Notes: generated by a model from the letters alone, not told the origin. 64,000 nt of DNA from Gemmatimonadales bacterium (GCA_039794085.1 JBDIWC010000021.1:1-64000), one strand, 5' to 3'; counted from the stretch's first letter, positions 49,885-62,212 are shown. Translations and numbers: made by a program.

Positions 49885-50305
49885 CGTCCCAATGGTGCAC
49901 GGGCCCGGCTTCGGTCGGGCCCGTTGTCGTTTTTCCCGGGCTGAAACCCGGGCTCGGCGCCTGCGGCGACGGGTCCTGAAGGACGGTACTCCAAGGATTC
50001 CGTGGGTGCGCTGCTTGCGGCGCACCATGGAGCGCCGATCCCGGCATGAATCCGCTGTCGTTGCGAGGGCCCATTGCTCCCCTCTCCCTCGGGGAGAGGG
50101 GCCGGGGGCGGGCCGGGGGTGAGGGCCCTCCGTGGCAATCCCGTGAACCGATGCCCGTGCCGATCGGTGGACGCGGCCGGCAGGAAGTGCACCGGTTACC
50201 TCCACAGATCCCTCGCCTGCGGCTCGGGATGACAGACTCGCGAACGTTCCTGTGCCCCCTATGTCCTATGTCCTATGTCCTATGTCCCATGTCCTCCGCC
50301 CTATG
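49885..50305. repeat. Repeat mosaic with nested hairpin elements, ending in TGTCCTA heptamers
   Basis: Read directly. Confidence 0.8.
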
Positions 50306-50354
50306 CTTCCCCCTCCCGTGTATTTTCCGGGTGACTCCACTCTGAGGACACAAC

Positions 50355-51566
50355 GTGCGGCTCCGATTCGTGACGGCAGGGGAATCCCATGGGCGGGGAC
50401 TCGTGGTGATCGTGGAGGGCATTCCGGCGGGACTCTCCCTCCCGGGTGCGGCCATCAACCACGAACTCGGTCGGCGCATGCAGGGCCACGGCCGGGGTGC
50501 CCGCATGAAAATCGAACAGGACCAGATCGAGTGGATGGCCGGGGTCCGGGCCGGAGAGACCCTCGGATCGCCCATCGCCATGCTCATTCCCAACCGGGAC
50601 TGGGCCAACTGGGACGAGGTCATGGCGCACGAGGGAACCGGAGAACTCCGCCGCCGCCGCGTGGTGCGACCGCGACCCGGTCACGCCGACCTCGCCGGGA
50701 TCCTCAAATACGACCGACTCGACGCGCGCGACATCCTGGAGCGGGCCAGCGCGCGGGAAACGGCGGCACGGGTAGCGGCAGGGGCCGTGGCCCGACGCCT
50801 CCTCCAGGAGCTCGGGATGGACATCGGGAGCCATGTGCTCTCCCTCGGTGGTCTCCAGGTGTCGGCTCCCGATCCGCTCCCCTCTCCCCTCAACCCCGTC
50901 TCCGACGCCTCTCCCGTGCGCATCCTCGACCGGAACCGGGAGCCGGAGATCCTGGCGCGCATCGACCAGGCCAAGCGGGACGGGGATACCCTGGGCGGTG
51001 AAATCGAAATCGTGGCCACCGGGCTCGTGGTCGGGTTGGGGAGCCATGTCAGTTGGGAACGCAAGCTCGATGGGCGCCTGGCCGCGGCCCTCATGTCGAT
51101 CCCGGCGATCAAGGCGGTGGAGATCGGGCTCGGGGTCGAAGCGGCCCGCCGGCCCGGTTCCCAGGTGCACGATCCGATCACCCGGGATGCCGACTCCTCG
51201 CGGCACATCCGGAGCGGGGGGTTTTCCCGGCCGACCAACCACGCGGGCGGGCTCGAGGGAGGCATCACCACGGGGGAGCCCCTGGTGTGCCGGGTGGCGA
51301 TGAAGCCGATCGCGACGCTCATGTCTCCCCTGCCCACGGTGAATCTGGAGACCGGGGAACCTGCCAACGCCCAGAGCGAACGGTCGGATGTGACGGCGGT
51401 TCCGGCCGCGGGGGTCATCGCCGAGGCGATGGTGGCCCTGGTGCTGGCGGATGCGGTGCTTGAGAAGTTCGGTGGGGATTCCCTCGGTGAGACCCGGCGC
51501 AACCTGGAGGGGTACGTGGCCCATCTGGGATCCCGCTGGGGTTTTCCGGAGCCCGGATCCCGGTGA
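50355..51566 (+). CDS. aroC: Chorismate synthase
   Basis: TAGESHG, RPGHAD, ERASARETA, ERSDV. Confidence 0.97.
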   Translation: MRLRFVTAGESHGRGLVVIVEGIPAGLSLPGAAINHELGRRMQGHGRGARMKIEQDQIEWMAGVRAGETLGSPIAMLIPNRDWANWDEVMAHEGTGELRRRRVVRPRPGHADLAGILKYDRLDARDILERASARETAARVAAGAVARRLLQELGMDIGSHVLSLGGLQVSAPDPLPSPLNPVSDASPVRILDRNREPEILARIDQAKRDGDTLGGEIEIVATGLVVGLGSHVSWERKLDGRLAAALMSIPAIKAVEIGLGVEAARRPGSQVHDPITRDADSSRHIRSGGFSRPTNHAGGLEGGITTGEPLVCRVAMKPIATLMSPLPTVNLETGEPANAQSERSDVTAVPAAGVIAEAMVALVLADAVLEKFGGDSLGETRRNLEGYVAHLGSRWGFPEPGSR

Positions 51567-52087
51567 GGTCGCGTCACCTTGTGTTGGTGGGCCTCCCCGG
51601 GGCGGGCAAGTCGGTGGTGGGCCGGGTGCTCGCGGGTCGTCTGGGAATTCCGCTCGTGGATGTGGACGCCACCATCACGGCGCAGGGCCGGCCGATCGCC
51701 TGGTGGTTCGCCGAGCGTGGGGAGGAGGCCTTCCGCGCCGAGGAACAAAGGATCGTGAGGGAAGCGGTGATGGGACCGGTGGCCGTCGTGGTGCCGGGTG
51801 GGGGATGGGCGGCGATTCCCGGGGCTCTCGAGACGGTCCGGGAGGCCGGCGCGCTCGTGGTGCATCTGGACGTGACCCCGGGCACGGCGGGAACCCGGAT
51901 CGGCCCTCGTCATGGACGTCCCCTCCTGGGGGACGCCGCCTCCACGCCGGCTCGCCTGCGGGAACTGGCGGAGGTCCGGATGCCGGCCTACCGCACCGCG
52001 GATCTGACGGTCGACACGGAGGGTCGCACCGTGCCCCAGGTGGTGGAGACGATTCTGTCCTGTCTCCGGTCGGGAGCAGTGAAATGA
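51563..52087 (+). CDS. aroK: Shikimate kinase
   Basis: GLPGAGKS, GEEAFR, GGG, RPLL. Confidence 0.9.
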   Translation: MRSRHLVLVGLPGAGKSVVGRVLAGRLGIPLVDVDATITAQGRPIAWWFAERGEEAFRAEEQRIVREAVMGPVAVVVPGGGWAAIPGALETVREAGALVVHLDVTPGTAGTRIGPRHGRPLLGDAASTPARLRELAEVRMPAYRTADLTVDTEGRTVPQVVETILSCLRSGAVK

Positions 52088-53385
52088 CGGAGACCGCCGT
52101 CGTGGTGGGGGGAGGCCTTGCCGGGTCGGAGGCGGCCTGGGTCCTGGCGGAACGGGGTGTGGAGGTGACGCTGTGCGAGATGCGTCCGGGAACCGGCACT
52201 CCGGCGCACCAGACCGGACGGCTCGCCGAGCTGGTCTGCAGCAACTCGTTCAAGTCCCTGGAGGAGACCAACGCCCACGGGCTCCTCAAGGCGGAGCTCC
52301 GGTTGCTGGACAGTCTGCTGATCCGCCTGGCGGACGCCGCGCGCATTCCGGGCGGCTCCGCGCTGGTGGTGGACCGGGACGTATTTTCCCGGGCCGTGGA
52401 CGAGGCGCTGCGTGCCCATCCCCGCATCACCATCCGGGAAGAGGAGGTCACCTCCCTGCCCGATCCGGGCATCATCGCGACGGGCCCCCTCACCTCCCCC
52501 GCCCTGTCCGAGGCCCTGGTGGCGCGCCTCGGGGCCGACACCCTCGCCTTCCACGATGCCATCGCCCCGATCGTGGCGGATGACTCGCTCGACCATACCC
52601 GGCTCTTCGCGGCCTCGCGCTACGGCAAGGGGGAGGACGATGCCTATCTCAATATACCCCTTACCGCTGCGGAGTATGCGGAGTTTCTCGATGCGCTGGT
52701 GGCCGCCGATCCCTACACCGGGCATCCGGAGGTCGATGGCGTTCCCTACTTCGAGGGGTGTCTCCCCATCGAGGAGATGGCGCGCCGGGGCCGGGAAACC
52801 CTCCGGTTCGGTCCGATGAAGCCCGTGGGACTTCCCGACCCCGACACCGGACGGGAGGCCCATGCCGTGATCCAGCTCCGGCGGGAGGACCGCGCGGGCC
52901 AGATGTGGAACCTCGTCGGATTCCAGACCCGCCTGCGCATTCCGGATCAGCAGCGGATCCTGCGCGCCCTCCCCGGCCTCCGCGAGGCCGAGTTTCTCCG
53001 GTATGGCAGCATGCACCGGAACAGCTATGTCAACGCTCCCGCCACCCTGGAGGAGGGGCTGCGGGTTCCCGGCACCGGCACCTTCGTCGCGGGGCAGTTG
53101 ACCGGGGTCGAGGGGTATACTGAGTCCATCGCCACCGGGTGGCTGGCCGGACTCAACCTGGCGCGTCACCTCCAGGGTCGTCCCCCGGTGGTCCCTCCTC
53201 CCACCACCATGCTCGGGGGGCTCTGCCGCCACCTCCGCGAGGCCGATCCCCGGCACTTCCAGCCGATGAATGCCAACGTGGGTCTTCTCGACCCCCTCCC
53301 GGGCCGTGCCCCGAAACCGGTCCGGCGGGCCCGTCTGGCCGCCCGGGCGCTCGAGGCCTGCGCGGCCTGGCGGACCACGGTCTGA
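52084..53385 (+). CDS. trmFO: Folate/FAD-dependent tRNA U54 methyltransferase
   Basis: GGGLAGSEAA, ELVCSNS, FGPMKPVGL, GQLTGVEGY. Confidence 0.95.
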   Translation: MTETAVVVGGGLAGSEAAWVLAERGVEVTLCEMRPGTGTPAHQTGRLAELVCSNSFKSLEETNAHGLLKAELRLLDSLLIRLADAARIPGGSALVVDRDVFSRAVDEALRAHPRITIREEEVTSLPDPGIIATGPLTSPALSEALVARLGADTLAFHDAIAPIVADDSLDHTRLFAASRYGKGEDDAYLNIPLTAAEYAEFLDALVAADPYTGHPEVDGVPYFEGCLPIEEMARRGRETLRFGPMKPVGLPDPDTGREAHAVIQLRREDRAGQMWNLVGFQTRLRIPDQQRILRALPGLREAEFLRYGSMHRNSYVNAPATLEEGLRVPGTGTFVAGQLTGVEGYTESIATGWLAGLNLARHLQGRPPVVPPPTTMLGGLCRHLREADPRHFQPMNANVGLLDPLPGRAPKPVRRARLAARALEACAAWRTTV

Positions 53386-54299
53386 TGCGCCCCGCCGACC
53401 TGGTGGCGGAGTTCCTGGCCCATTGCGAGGGGGAGCGGGGGCATGCGCCCAACACGGTGGCGGCCTACCGCCGCGACCTCGAAGGGTTCCTGGCCTTCGC
53501 CGATCGCCACTATGGCGGGGTGTGGTCCTGGAGCACGGTCGATCGTCTCGGCTTGCGGGGGTTCCTCGGCGAGTTCGAACGACGGGGGCTCTCCCGGCGT
53601 TCCGCGGCCCGGGCCCTCTCCGCGCTGCGGAGCCTGTACCGGTATCTTCAGGTGCACCATGACATCGCCGGCGGGGTGCTGCGGTCGGTTCGAACCCCCC
53701 GCACCGCGAAGCGGCTTCCGACCTGGCTTCGGGGAGAGGAAACCGCGGACCTCTTCGAGGCGGCGGAGGCCCGGGCCGCGACGGGCGATTTCATGGCCAT
53801 GCGCGATCTGGCGATGCTCGAACTCTTCTATTCCACCGGGATCCGCCTCGGGGAGCTGCAGAGTCTCGGGATGGGACAGCTCGACCTGCTCAGCGACCAG
53901 GTCAAGGTGAGGGGAAAGGGCCGCAAGGAGCGGATCGTGCCGGTCGGGAGCCGGGCAGTCGGGGCGCTGCGCCGTTATCTTGCGGTCCGGGAGGGGCTGG
54001 TGCGGGACACCGGGGGCGACCGGACGGCGGTGTTTGTCAGTCGGCGGGGGCGGAGACTCGCCGCGGTGAGCATCCAGCGACGGATGCACCGGCTGTTCGA
54101 CGAGATCGGGGGGGACCGGCTTCGGGTGCACTCGCTGCGGCACTCGTTCGCCACCCACCTTCTCGATGCCGGGGCCGACCTGCGCGCCGTGCAGGAACTG
54201 CTCGGCCACGCCTCGCTGACCACGACACAGGTGTACACCCACACCAGTGTCGAACGACTCAAGGACGTCTACCGGCAGGCCCACCCGCGCGGCGGGTGA
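53385..54299 (+). CDS. xerC: Tyrosine recombinase XerC
   Basis: GIRLGEL, GKGRKERIVP, HSLRHSFATH, LGHASL.TTQVY; trmFO-xerC-hslVU synteny. Confidence 0.9.
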   Translation: MRPADLVAEFLAHCEGERGHAPNTVAAYRRDLEGFLAFADRHYGGVWSWSTVDRLGLRGFLGEFERRGLSRRSAARALSALRSLYRYLQVHHDIAGGVLRSVRTPRTAKRLPTWLRGEETADLFEAAEARAATGDFMAMRDLAMLELFYSTGIRLGELQSLGMGQLDLLSDQVKVRGKGRKERIVPVGSRAVGALRRYLAVREGLVRDTGGDRTAVFVSRRGRRLAAVSIQRRMHRLFDEIGGDRLRVHSLRHSFATHLLDAGADLRAVQELLGHASLTTTQVYTHTSVERLKDVYRQAHPRGG

Positions 54300-54326
54300 G
54301 GGTTCCCGGGACGAGGGAGATGCCGA

Positions 54327-54863
54327 ATGACGGAGTTCCATGGCACCACCATTCTGGCCGTCCGCAAGGGGGGGCAGGTGGCCCTGGGTGGTGATGGGCA
54401 GATCACCATGGGGGATACCGTGGTGAAGGCCCATGCCAACAAGGTGCGCGGATTGAAGGGGGGAAAGGTCCTGGCCGGGTTCGCCGGCGCCGTGGCCGAC
54501 GCCCTCAACCTCTACGAACGCTTCGAGGAAAAGCTCGACCGCTACCCCGGCAACCTGCCGCGGGCCGCGGTGGAACTGGCCAAGGACTGGCGCAGTGACC
54601 GGGTGCTTCGGCGCCTCGAAGCGCTCCTCGTCGTGGCCGACACCGACCATGCCTTCCTGCTCAGCGGATCGGGAGAGCTCATCGAGCCCGATGACGGCAT
54701 CGTGGGCGCGGGTTCGGGCGGAAATTATGCCGTGGCGGCCGCCCGCGCCTTGCTGCCGGATCCGTCCCTGACCGCTCGCGCGATCGTCGAACGCTCCCTC
54801 GGCATTGCCGCGGAGATCTGCGTCTACACCAACCGCCACCACACCATCCTGGAACTCGGATGA
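54327..54863 (+). CDS. hslV: ATP-dependent protease subunit HslV
   Basis: TTILAVR, GDGQ, WRSDR.LRRLEA, GSGG, ICVYTN. Confidence 0.96.
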   Translation: MTEFHGTTILAVRKGGQVALGGDGQITMGDTVVKAHANKVRGLKGGKVLAGFAGAVADALNLYERFEEKLDRYPGNLPRAAVELAKDWRSDRVLRRLEALLVVADTDHAFLLSGSGELIEPDDGIVGAGSGGNYAVAAARALLPDPSLTARAIVERSLGIAAEICVYTNRHHTILELG

Positions 54864-56356
54864 CGGAACCCGCCGCGGGAACGGTCCCCACACCCCATGA
54901 GCCGGGTGCCGCCGAGCCGCTCCCCTGGCTCGAGGAGATGCCCCCCCGCCAGATCGTGGCCGAACTCGACCGGTTCATCATCGGGCAGGAAGCCGCCAAG
55001 AAGGCGATCGCCATCGCGGTGCGGAACCGGTGGCGCCGCGCCCAGGCCCCGGAGGACCTCCGGGAGGAGATCACTCCGTCCAACATCATCCTGATCGGAC
55101 CCACCGGAGTCGGCAAGACCGAGATCGCCCGTCGGCTGGCGCGGCTGGCCGGGGCGCCCTTCGTCAAGGTGGAGGCGTCCAAGTTCACCGAGGTGGGCTA
55201 CGTCGGCCGGGACACCGAATCGATGGTGCGGGACCTGGTCGATGCGGCCATCAGTCTCGTCCGGGGAGAACGCGAGGATGACGTCCTGCCCCAGGCGGAA
55301 TCCTTCGCGGAGGAACGGCTCCTCGATCTCCTTCTCCCCGCGGCACCTGCGGTTCCCCGCGCGCGGGAGAGCGAGTCGCCGGAACCTGGACCGGAGGCGG
55401 GGACCGTCTTTGCCGTGTCCCCGGGAGGGGAGGTCACTCCGCAGGATGCGGCCGGGAGCGCGGAACGCCGCCGGCAGGAGTCGCGCGAAAAACTGCGGGC
55501 TCTCCTCGCCAGTGGCGCGCTCGACGACCGTGAGGTCGAGGTGGAGGTGAGTCCCCAGAGCTATCCGATGCCGGAGATGCTCCAGCCGCCGCAGGGCATG
55601 GAGGGACCCGACATCAACATCTTCGAGATGATGCAGGAGATGATGCCGAAGCGGAAGAAGCGCCGCCGGGTGCGGATCCCCGAGGCGCGCCGCATCCTGA
55701 CCGACGAGGAACTCCGGCGCCTGGTCGACATGGACGACGTGGTCAACGAGGCGCTCGACCGGGTCGAGAACCACGGCATCATCTTCGTGGACGAGATCGA
55801 CAAGATCGCCGGCGAACGGGCCCAGTCCGGTCCCGACATCAGCCGCGAAGGGGTCCAGCGCGATCTGCTTCCCATCGTCGAAGGGTCGACGGTGCAGACG
55901 CGGTACGGGTACGTGCGCACCGATCACATCCTGTTCATCGCGGCGGGCGCGTTTCATGTGTCGAAACCGTCGGATCTGATTCCGGAGCTGCAGGGACGCT
56001 TTCCGATCCGGGTCGAGTTGACTCCCCTCACGGAGCAGGACTTTGTCCGGATCATGACCGAGCCGGAAAACGCCCTCACCAAGCAGTATCAGGCGCTGGT
56101 GGCCGCGGAAGGGGCGGAGCTCAGCTTCACTCCCGATGGCGTCGCGGAGATCGCGCGGGTGGCCGCGGTGGCCAACGACCGGCTGGAAAACATCGGAGCG
56201 CGCCGGCTCCACACGGTGATGGCCACCCTGATGGAAGATTTGCTGTTTTCGCTCCCCGGCGACGGACCCCGGGCCTATGTATACGACGGGCCCACGGTGC
56301 GGAGCCGGCTCGCCGCCGTCCTGGCCGATGACGACCTTCGGCGGTACATCCTCTGA
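54860..56356 (+). CDS. hslU: ATP-dependent protease ATPase HslU
   Basis: [31 protein letters not shown]. Confidence 0.96.
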   Translation: MTEPAAGTVPTPHEPGAAEPLPWLEEMPPRQIVAELDRFIIGQEAAKKAIAIAVRNRWRRAQAPEDLREEITPSNIILIGPTGVGKTEIARRLARLAGAPFVKVEASKFTEVGYVGRDTESMVRDLVDAAISLVRGEREDDVLPQAESFAEERLLDLLLPAAPAVPRARESESPEPGPEAGTVFAVSPGGEVTPQDAAGSAERRRQESREKLRALLASGALDDREVEVEVSPQSYPMPEMLQPPQGMEGPDINIFEMMQEMMPKRKKRRRVRIPEARRILTDEELRRLVDMDDVVNEALDRVENHGIIFVDEIDKIAGERAQSGPDISREGVQRDLLPIVEGSTVQTRYGYVRTDHILFIAAGAFHVSKPSDLIPELQGRFPIRVELTPLTEQDFVRIMTEPENALTKQYQALVAAEGAELSFTPDGVAEIARVAAVANDRLENIGARRLHTVMATLMEDLLFSLPGDGPRAYVYDGPTVRSRLAAVLADDDLRRYIL

Positions 56357-57303
56357 TGCGGAACCTCGTCGAGGAACGGCTCCGGGGCGCGAGGGACTTC
56401 CTCACCATCCCCGACCTGACGCGGGACGAGGTGGAGGCCCTGCTCGTCCTCGCGACCCGGATGAAAGGGGGCGAGTACCGGCACACGCCGCTGCGGGGGA
56501 AGACTCTCGCCCTGATCTTTGCCAAGAGTTCCACCCGCACCCGGGTTTCCTTCGAGGTGGGCACCCTGCAGCTCGGCGGGCATCCGCTCTTCCTCTCCAG
56601 CCGCGACCTGCAACTCGGCCGGGGCGAGCCGATCCGCGACATGGCCCGCGTCCTCTCGCGCTACGTGGACGGGATCATGATCCGGACCTTTGCCCACGCG
56701 GAGGTGGAGGAGCTTGCGCGGTGGGCCACCGTCCCCGTGATCAACGGCCTGACCGACCTGCTCCATCCCTGCCAGGTGCTGGCCGACCTGCTGACGATGC
56801 GGGAGGCATTCGGGACGCTGCGGGGCACCACGGTGGCGTGGATCGGTGATGGCAACAACATGGCCAACAGCTGGATCACCGCGGCGGGGCTCCTCGGGTT
56901 TGCTCTCCGCGTGGCGTGTCCCCCGGGGTTTGAGCCGCGAGCCGACCTGTTCCAGCCCGGCGAGGAGGGGGCGTCCCTCACCGTCACCCACGATCCGGCC
57001 GAGGCGGTGGCCGGCGCCCACGTGGTCACGACCGATGTCTGGGCCTCGATGGGGCAGGAGGAGGAGTCGGCGGCGCGCGCTGTGGCCTTCGCCGGCTTCC
57101 AGGTGACGGAGGCCGTCATGCGCCTGGCCCGCCCCGAGGCGATCTTTCTGCATTGTCTCCCCGCGCACCGGGGGGAGGAAGTGACCGAGGACGTGTTCGA
57201 AGGACCGCAATCCCGTGTCTTTGACGAGGCCGAGAACCGGCTTCATGTCCAGAAGGCTCTCTGTACCACACTCATGGGCTCCCCGGAGGCATCCATCGCA
57301 TGA
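56356..57303 (+). CDS. argF: Ornithine carbamoyltransferase
   Basis: STRTRVSFE, HPCQ, DVWASMG, HCLP. Confidence 0.95.
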   Translation: MRNLVEERLRGARDFLTIPDLTRDEVEALLVLATRMKGGEYRHTPLRGKTLALIFAKSSTRTRVSFEVGTLQLGGHPLFLSSRDLQLGRGEPIRDMARVLSRYVDGIMIRTFAHAEVEELARWATVPVINGLTDLLHPCQVLADLLTMREAFGTLRGTTVAWIGDGNNMANSWITAAGLLGFALRVACPPGFEPRADLFQPGEEGASLTVTHDPAEAVAGAHVVTTDVWASMGQEEESAARAVAFAGFQVTEAVMRLARPEAIFLHCLPAHRGEEVTEDVFEGPQSRVFDEAENRLHVQKALCTTLMGSPEASIA

Positions 57304-58418
57304 CCGACTCTCTCTCTGCCGCCTCGCTTCGCGAAACACCCCTGGCCGAGGCGCACCGCGCCCTCGGGGCCAAGATGGTCCCCTTCGCCGGTTACACCAT
57401 GCCGGTGCACTATCGGGACGGCATCGTCGCCGAGCACCACGCCGTGCGCACCGGGGTCGGCGTGTTCGACGTCTCCCACATGGGCGAGTTCGAGGTGACC
57501 GGGCCCGACCGGAACGCCTTCGTCAACCGGGTGACCTGCAACGATGTGAGCGTCCTGGAGACGGGGGGCGTGCAGTACTCCGCGATCCTCAACAACCAGG
57601 GGACCTTCGTCGACGACTGCACCGTCTACCGCTTCGACGACAAGCTGATGCTCGTGGTCAACGCGGCCAACCGGGAGGCGGCCTGGAATCACCTGGTGAA
57701 GCTGAAGGGAGGCGCCAACATCCGCCTCAAGGACATCTCCGACGAGGTCGGTCTCCTCGCCGTGCAGGGGCCCCGGGCCGAAGCCCTGATGCAGCCCCTC
57801 ACCGAGATTACCCTGAGCGCACTCGGGTATTACCGGGTGCGCACCGCCACCGTGGCCGGGTGTGGCACCTTCATCAGCCGCACCGGCTACACCGGGGAGG
57901 ATGGCTTCGAGATCTACTGCCGGGGCCGGGACCTCCCCACCCTCTGGGGGGCGATCGTGGGCGCGGGGGCGGCGCCGATCGGTCTCGGCGCGCGGGACTC
58001 CCTCCGCCTCGAGATGGGATATGCCCTCTACGGCCAGGAGATCGACGAGACGATCACACCCCTGGAGGCGGGGCTCGGCTGGATCGTCAAGATGGACAAG
58101 GGGGCGCCTTTCGTCGGGGAACCCGCGCTCAAGGCCCTGAAGGCGCGCGGAGTGAGCCGCCGGCTCGTCGGGTTCCAGTTGAAGGGCCGCGGGATTGCCC
58201 GCCCGGGGTATCCGGTCTGGTACGGCGGGCGTCAGGTGGACGTGGTCCGGAGCGGAGGACAGAGTCCCTCGCTCGGCGTGCCGATCGGCACCACCCTGCT
58301 TCCGCCCGAGGTCAAGGTCGGAATGACCTTCGAGGTCGAGTGCCGCGGGACCCGCATCCCCGCCGAGGTGGTCAAGCGCCCCTTCTGGACCCGGGGATCG
58401 GTGCGGAAGGCGGGATGA
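57300..58418 (+). CDS. gcvT: Glycine cleavage aminomethyltransferase T
   Basis: FDVSHMGE, RTGYTGEDGFE, GLGARDSLRLE. Confidence 0.95.
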   Translation: MTDSLSAASLRETPLAEAHRALGAKMVPFAGYTMPVHYRDGIVAEHHAVRTGVGVFDVSHMGEFEVTGPDRNAFVNRVTCNDVSVLETGGVQYSAILNNQGTFVDDCTVYRFDDKLMLVVNAANREAAWNHLVKLKGGANIRLKDISDEVGLLAVQGPRAEALMQPLTEITLSALGYYRVRTATVAGCGTFISRTGYTGEDGFEIYCRGRDLPTLWGAIVGAGAAPIGLGARDSLRLEMGYALYGQEIDETITPLEAGLGWIVKMDKGAPFVGEPALKALKARGVSRRLVGFQLKGRGIARPGYPVWYGGRQVDVVRSGGQSPSLGVPIGTTLLPPEVKVGMTFEVECRGTRIPAEVVKRPFWTRGSVRKAG

Positions 58419-58902
58419 CCCTTCGGGTGGCCGTGCTCACCGTGTCGGACACCGCGAGCCGGGGCGCTCGGAAGGACACCTCGGGTGAACGGATCATGGA
58501 GTGGGCGGCGATCCACGGGTGGCCGGTGGTCGTGCGGGAGACGGTTCCCGATGAGCCCGACGCCGTTGTGCGCTTCCTTGCCCAGTGGGCCGATGAGGGA
58601 GAGGTGGACTTGATCCTCACCACCGGTGGCACCGGGCTCTCCCCGCGGGACCGGACACCGGAGGCAACGCGGGCCGTCATCGACCGGGAGGTGCCGGGCC
58701 TTCCCGAGGCACTCCGCAGGGTGGCGCACGCCGCGACCCCTTGGGCGGCCCTGTCGCGCGGGGTGGCCGGACTCCGGGGGCGCACCCTGATCGTGAACCT
58801 TCCCGGAAGCGAGGGGGGAGTGAGCGACGGGCTGTCGGTTCTCGATCCGATCGTCGAACACGCCGTGGCCATTGCCCGCGGCGATCCGGTGGATCACACC
58901 TG

Positions 58903-58903
<1 letters not shown>
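58415..58903 (+). CDS. MogA/MoaB molybdopterin adenylyltransferase family
   Basis: LTVSD, DTSG, TTGGTG..PRD.TPEA, NLPGS. Confidence 0.9.
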
Positions 58904-60423
<1,520 letters not shown>

Positions 60424-60526
60424 GTCGCGAGACTATTGCGTTTTCCGGCACATTTCTCGCTTGACTTGCATGAGGGACTGTTGGATATTGGAACATCACT
60501 CCTCAGTAATTGCAGAGGACCGGCCT

Positions 60527-62212
60527 GTGAAATTCATTATCGACGCGGAGAGCTGCGTCGGGTGCATGGCCTGTGTCCGGGTGTGCCCGACCGGGGCGAT
60601 CGCGGTGCCGCCCGATGGCTCGGTGGTTCAGGTCGTCGATGAGTTGTGCATCCGGTGCGGCAACTGCGTTCCGGCCTGTCCGCACGAGGCGGTTCAGGTC
60701 AGCGGAGAGCTGGGTCGGGCCCTGGCGATAGCCGCACGCGGCACCGGTGTGCTGATCCTGGGGACGGAGGCGGCGGCGCACTTCTTTCCGGCCACGCCGG
60801 AGCAGGTGGTGAACGCCTGTTATGCAGCGGGGTTCCGGACCGTGACGCGGGGGGTGATCGGGGACGAGCTGGTGGCCCGGGAATATCTCCGGTTGTGGGA
60901 GGAGGAGAACTGGGGGACGCTGATCCGGTCGACCGATCAGGTGGTGGTGGACGCGATCCGGAGCGAGTATCCGGAGCTGGTTCCTTTCCTGGCTCCGGTG
61001 GTCACTCCGGTCATCGCGGAGGCACGGTATCTGCGGGAACGGATGGGGGGGGATCTGCTGGTGGTTTTCGCCGGGGTGACCCCGGTCTCTCCCTCGGGGG
61101 AACTGGATGCGATGGTGACCTTCGCGGATCTGGAGCAGGTCTTCGCCTTGCGGGGAGTGACCCCGCTGGCGCAGCCGCTCGAGTTCGCGCGGGTCCCGCA
61201 GGAGCGCCGCCGGCATCTGAGCGCCGCGGGCGGGCTCCCCCTGGCGATGCTGGAGGAGATGAGGCATTCGAGCCGCCGGTTCCTCAAGATCCGGGGGTTG
61301 GCGGGATTGCGAGGCTTGGCGAGGGCGGTGGCGGTGGACCGGATGGACCTCGGCTTTGTCGATGTGCTCTCGTCGGATGGAGCCCTGGCCCATCCGGTGT
61401 CGGGTCCGCCGGAGGAGCTCTACTGGCGTCGGGCGGTGGTGCAGAGTACCGAGCCTCCGCGCAGCATGGTGCCGGTGCTGGAGAATGGGGTGAAGGCTCA
61501 GGTGGGCGCCACCTTCGCGTTCCGGACTCGGCGGCCGGCGGCGGACCCGGTGCAGGTGCAGGCGGTGCTGGAGGCGATCGGGCCCGGCCCCAACGGGAAG
61601 CCGTGGGACTGCCGGGCCTGTGGCTACGGGTCGTGCGCGGAGTTTGCGGACGCGGCGGCGCAGGGACGGGCGGCGCTCCGGCTCTGTCTTCCGTACCTGG
61701 AGAGGACGGCGCGGGAATCTCAGCGGGCGGCGGCGACGGATCTGCTGACCGGGCTGGCGACGTATCGGGTCCTGAGGGACCGGTTGTCGCACGAGATCGA
61801 GCGGAGCAAGCGCAGCGGCGAGGTGTTCACCGTGCTGTTCCTCGATCTCGACCGGCTGAAGGAGATCAACGACACCCACGGGCACGAGGCGGGGAACGAG
61901 GTGCTGCGGGCGGTGGCGGAGGAGGTTCGGCGGGCGGTGCGCGCGTCGGACCTGGCGGCGCGGTACGGAGGGGATGAGTTCGTCGCCGTGCTGACCCGCA
62001 CCGACACTCCGGGGGCCCGCCGCGTGGCGGAGGCCCTGCGCAGCGGGATCGAGGGGGTGGGGAGGCGGCTCGGGTTCGGGTCCGAGACGGTGACGGTGAG
62101 CATCGGGATCGCCACGTTCGATCCGGCCGATCCTCCGGTGGGGGACATTGTCGTCAACGCGGACCGCGCGCTCTATCAGGCCAAGGCGCTGGGCCGCAAC
62201 ATGGTGGTGTGA
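60527..62212 (+). CDS. Fe-S-containing diguanylate cyclase: 2x[4Fe-4S] + hydrogenase-like domain + FeS + GGDEF
   Basis: CVGCMACVRVCP and CIRCGNCVPACP; DCRACGYGSC..C; DLD.LKEINDTHGH..G; RASD; RYGGDEF. Confidence 0.85.
   Translation: MKFIIDAESCVGCMACVRVCPTGAIAVPPDGSVVQVVDELCIRCGNCVPACPHEAVQVSGELGRALAIAARGTGVLILGTEAAAHFFPATPEQVVNACYAAGFRTVTRGVIGDELVAREYLRLWEEENWGTLIRSTDQVVVDAIRSEYPELVPFLAPVVTPVIAEARYLRERMGGDLLVVFAGVTPVSPSGELDAMVTFADLEQVFALRGVTPLAQPLEFARVPQERRRHLSAAGGLPLAMLEEMRHSSRRFLKIRGLAGLRGLARAVAVDRMDLGFVDVLSSDGALAHPVSGPPEELYWRRAVVQSTEPPRSMVPVLENGVKAQVGATFAFRTRRPAADPVQVQAVLEAIGPGPNGKPWDCRACGYGSCAEFADAAAQGRAALRLCLPYLERTARESQRAAATDLLTGLATYRVLRDRLSHEIERSKRSGEVFTVLFLDLDRLKEINDTHGHEAGNEVLRAVAEEVRRAVRASDLAARYGGDEFVAVLTRTDTPGARRVAEALRSGIEGVGRRLGFGSETVTVSIGIATFDPADPPVGDIVVNADRALYQAKALGRNMVV

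Noticed and set aside
53385..54299. Tyrosine recombinase as a prophage or island integrase
   Set aside because: It sits in the conserved trmFO-xerC-hslVU context; no att sites or phage genes.
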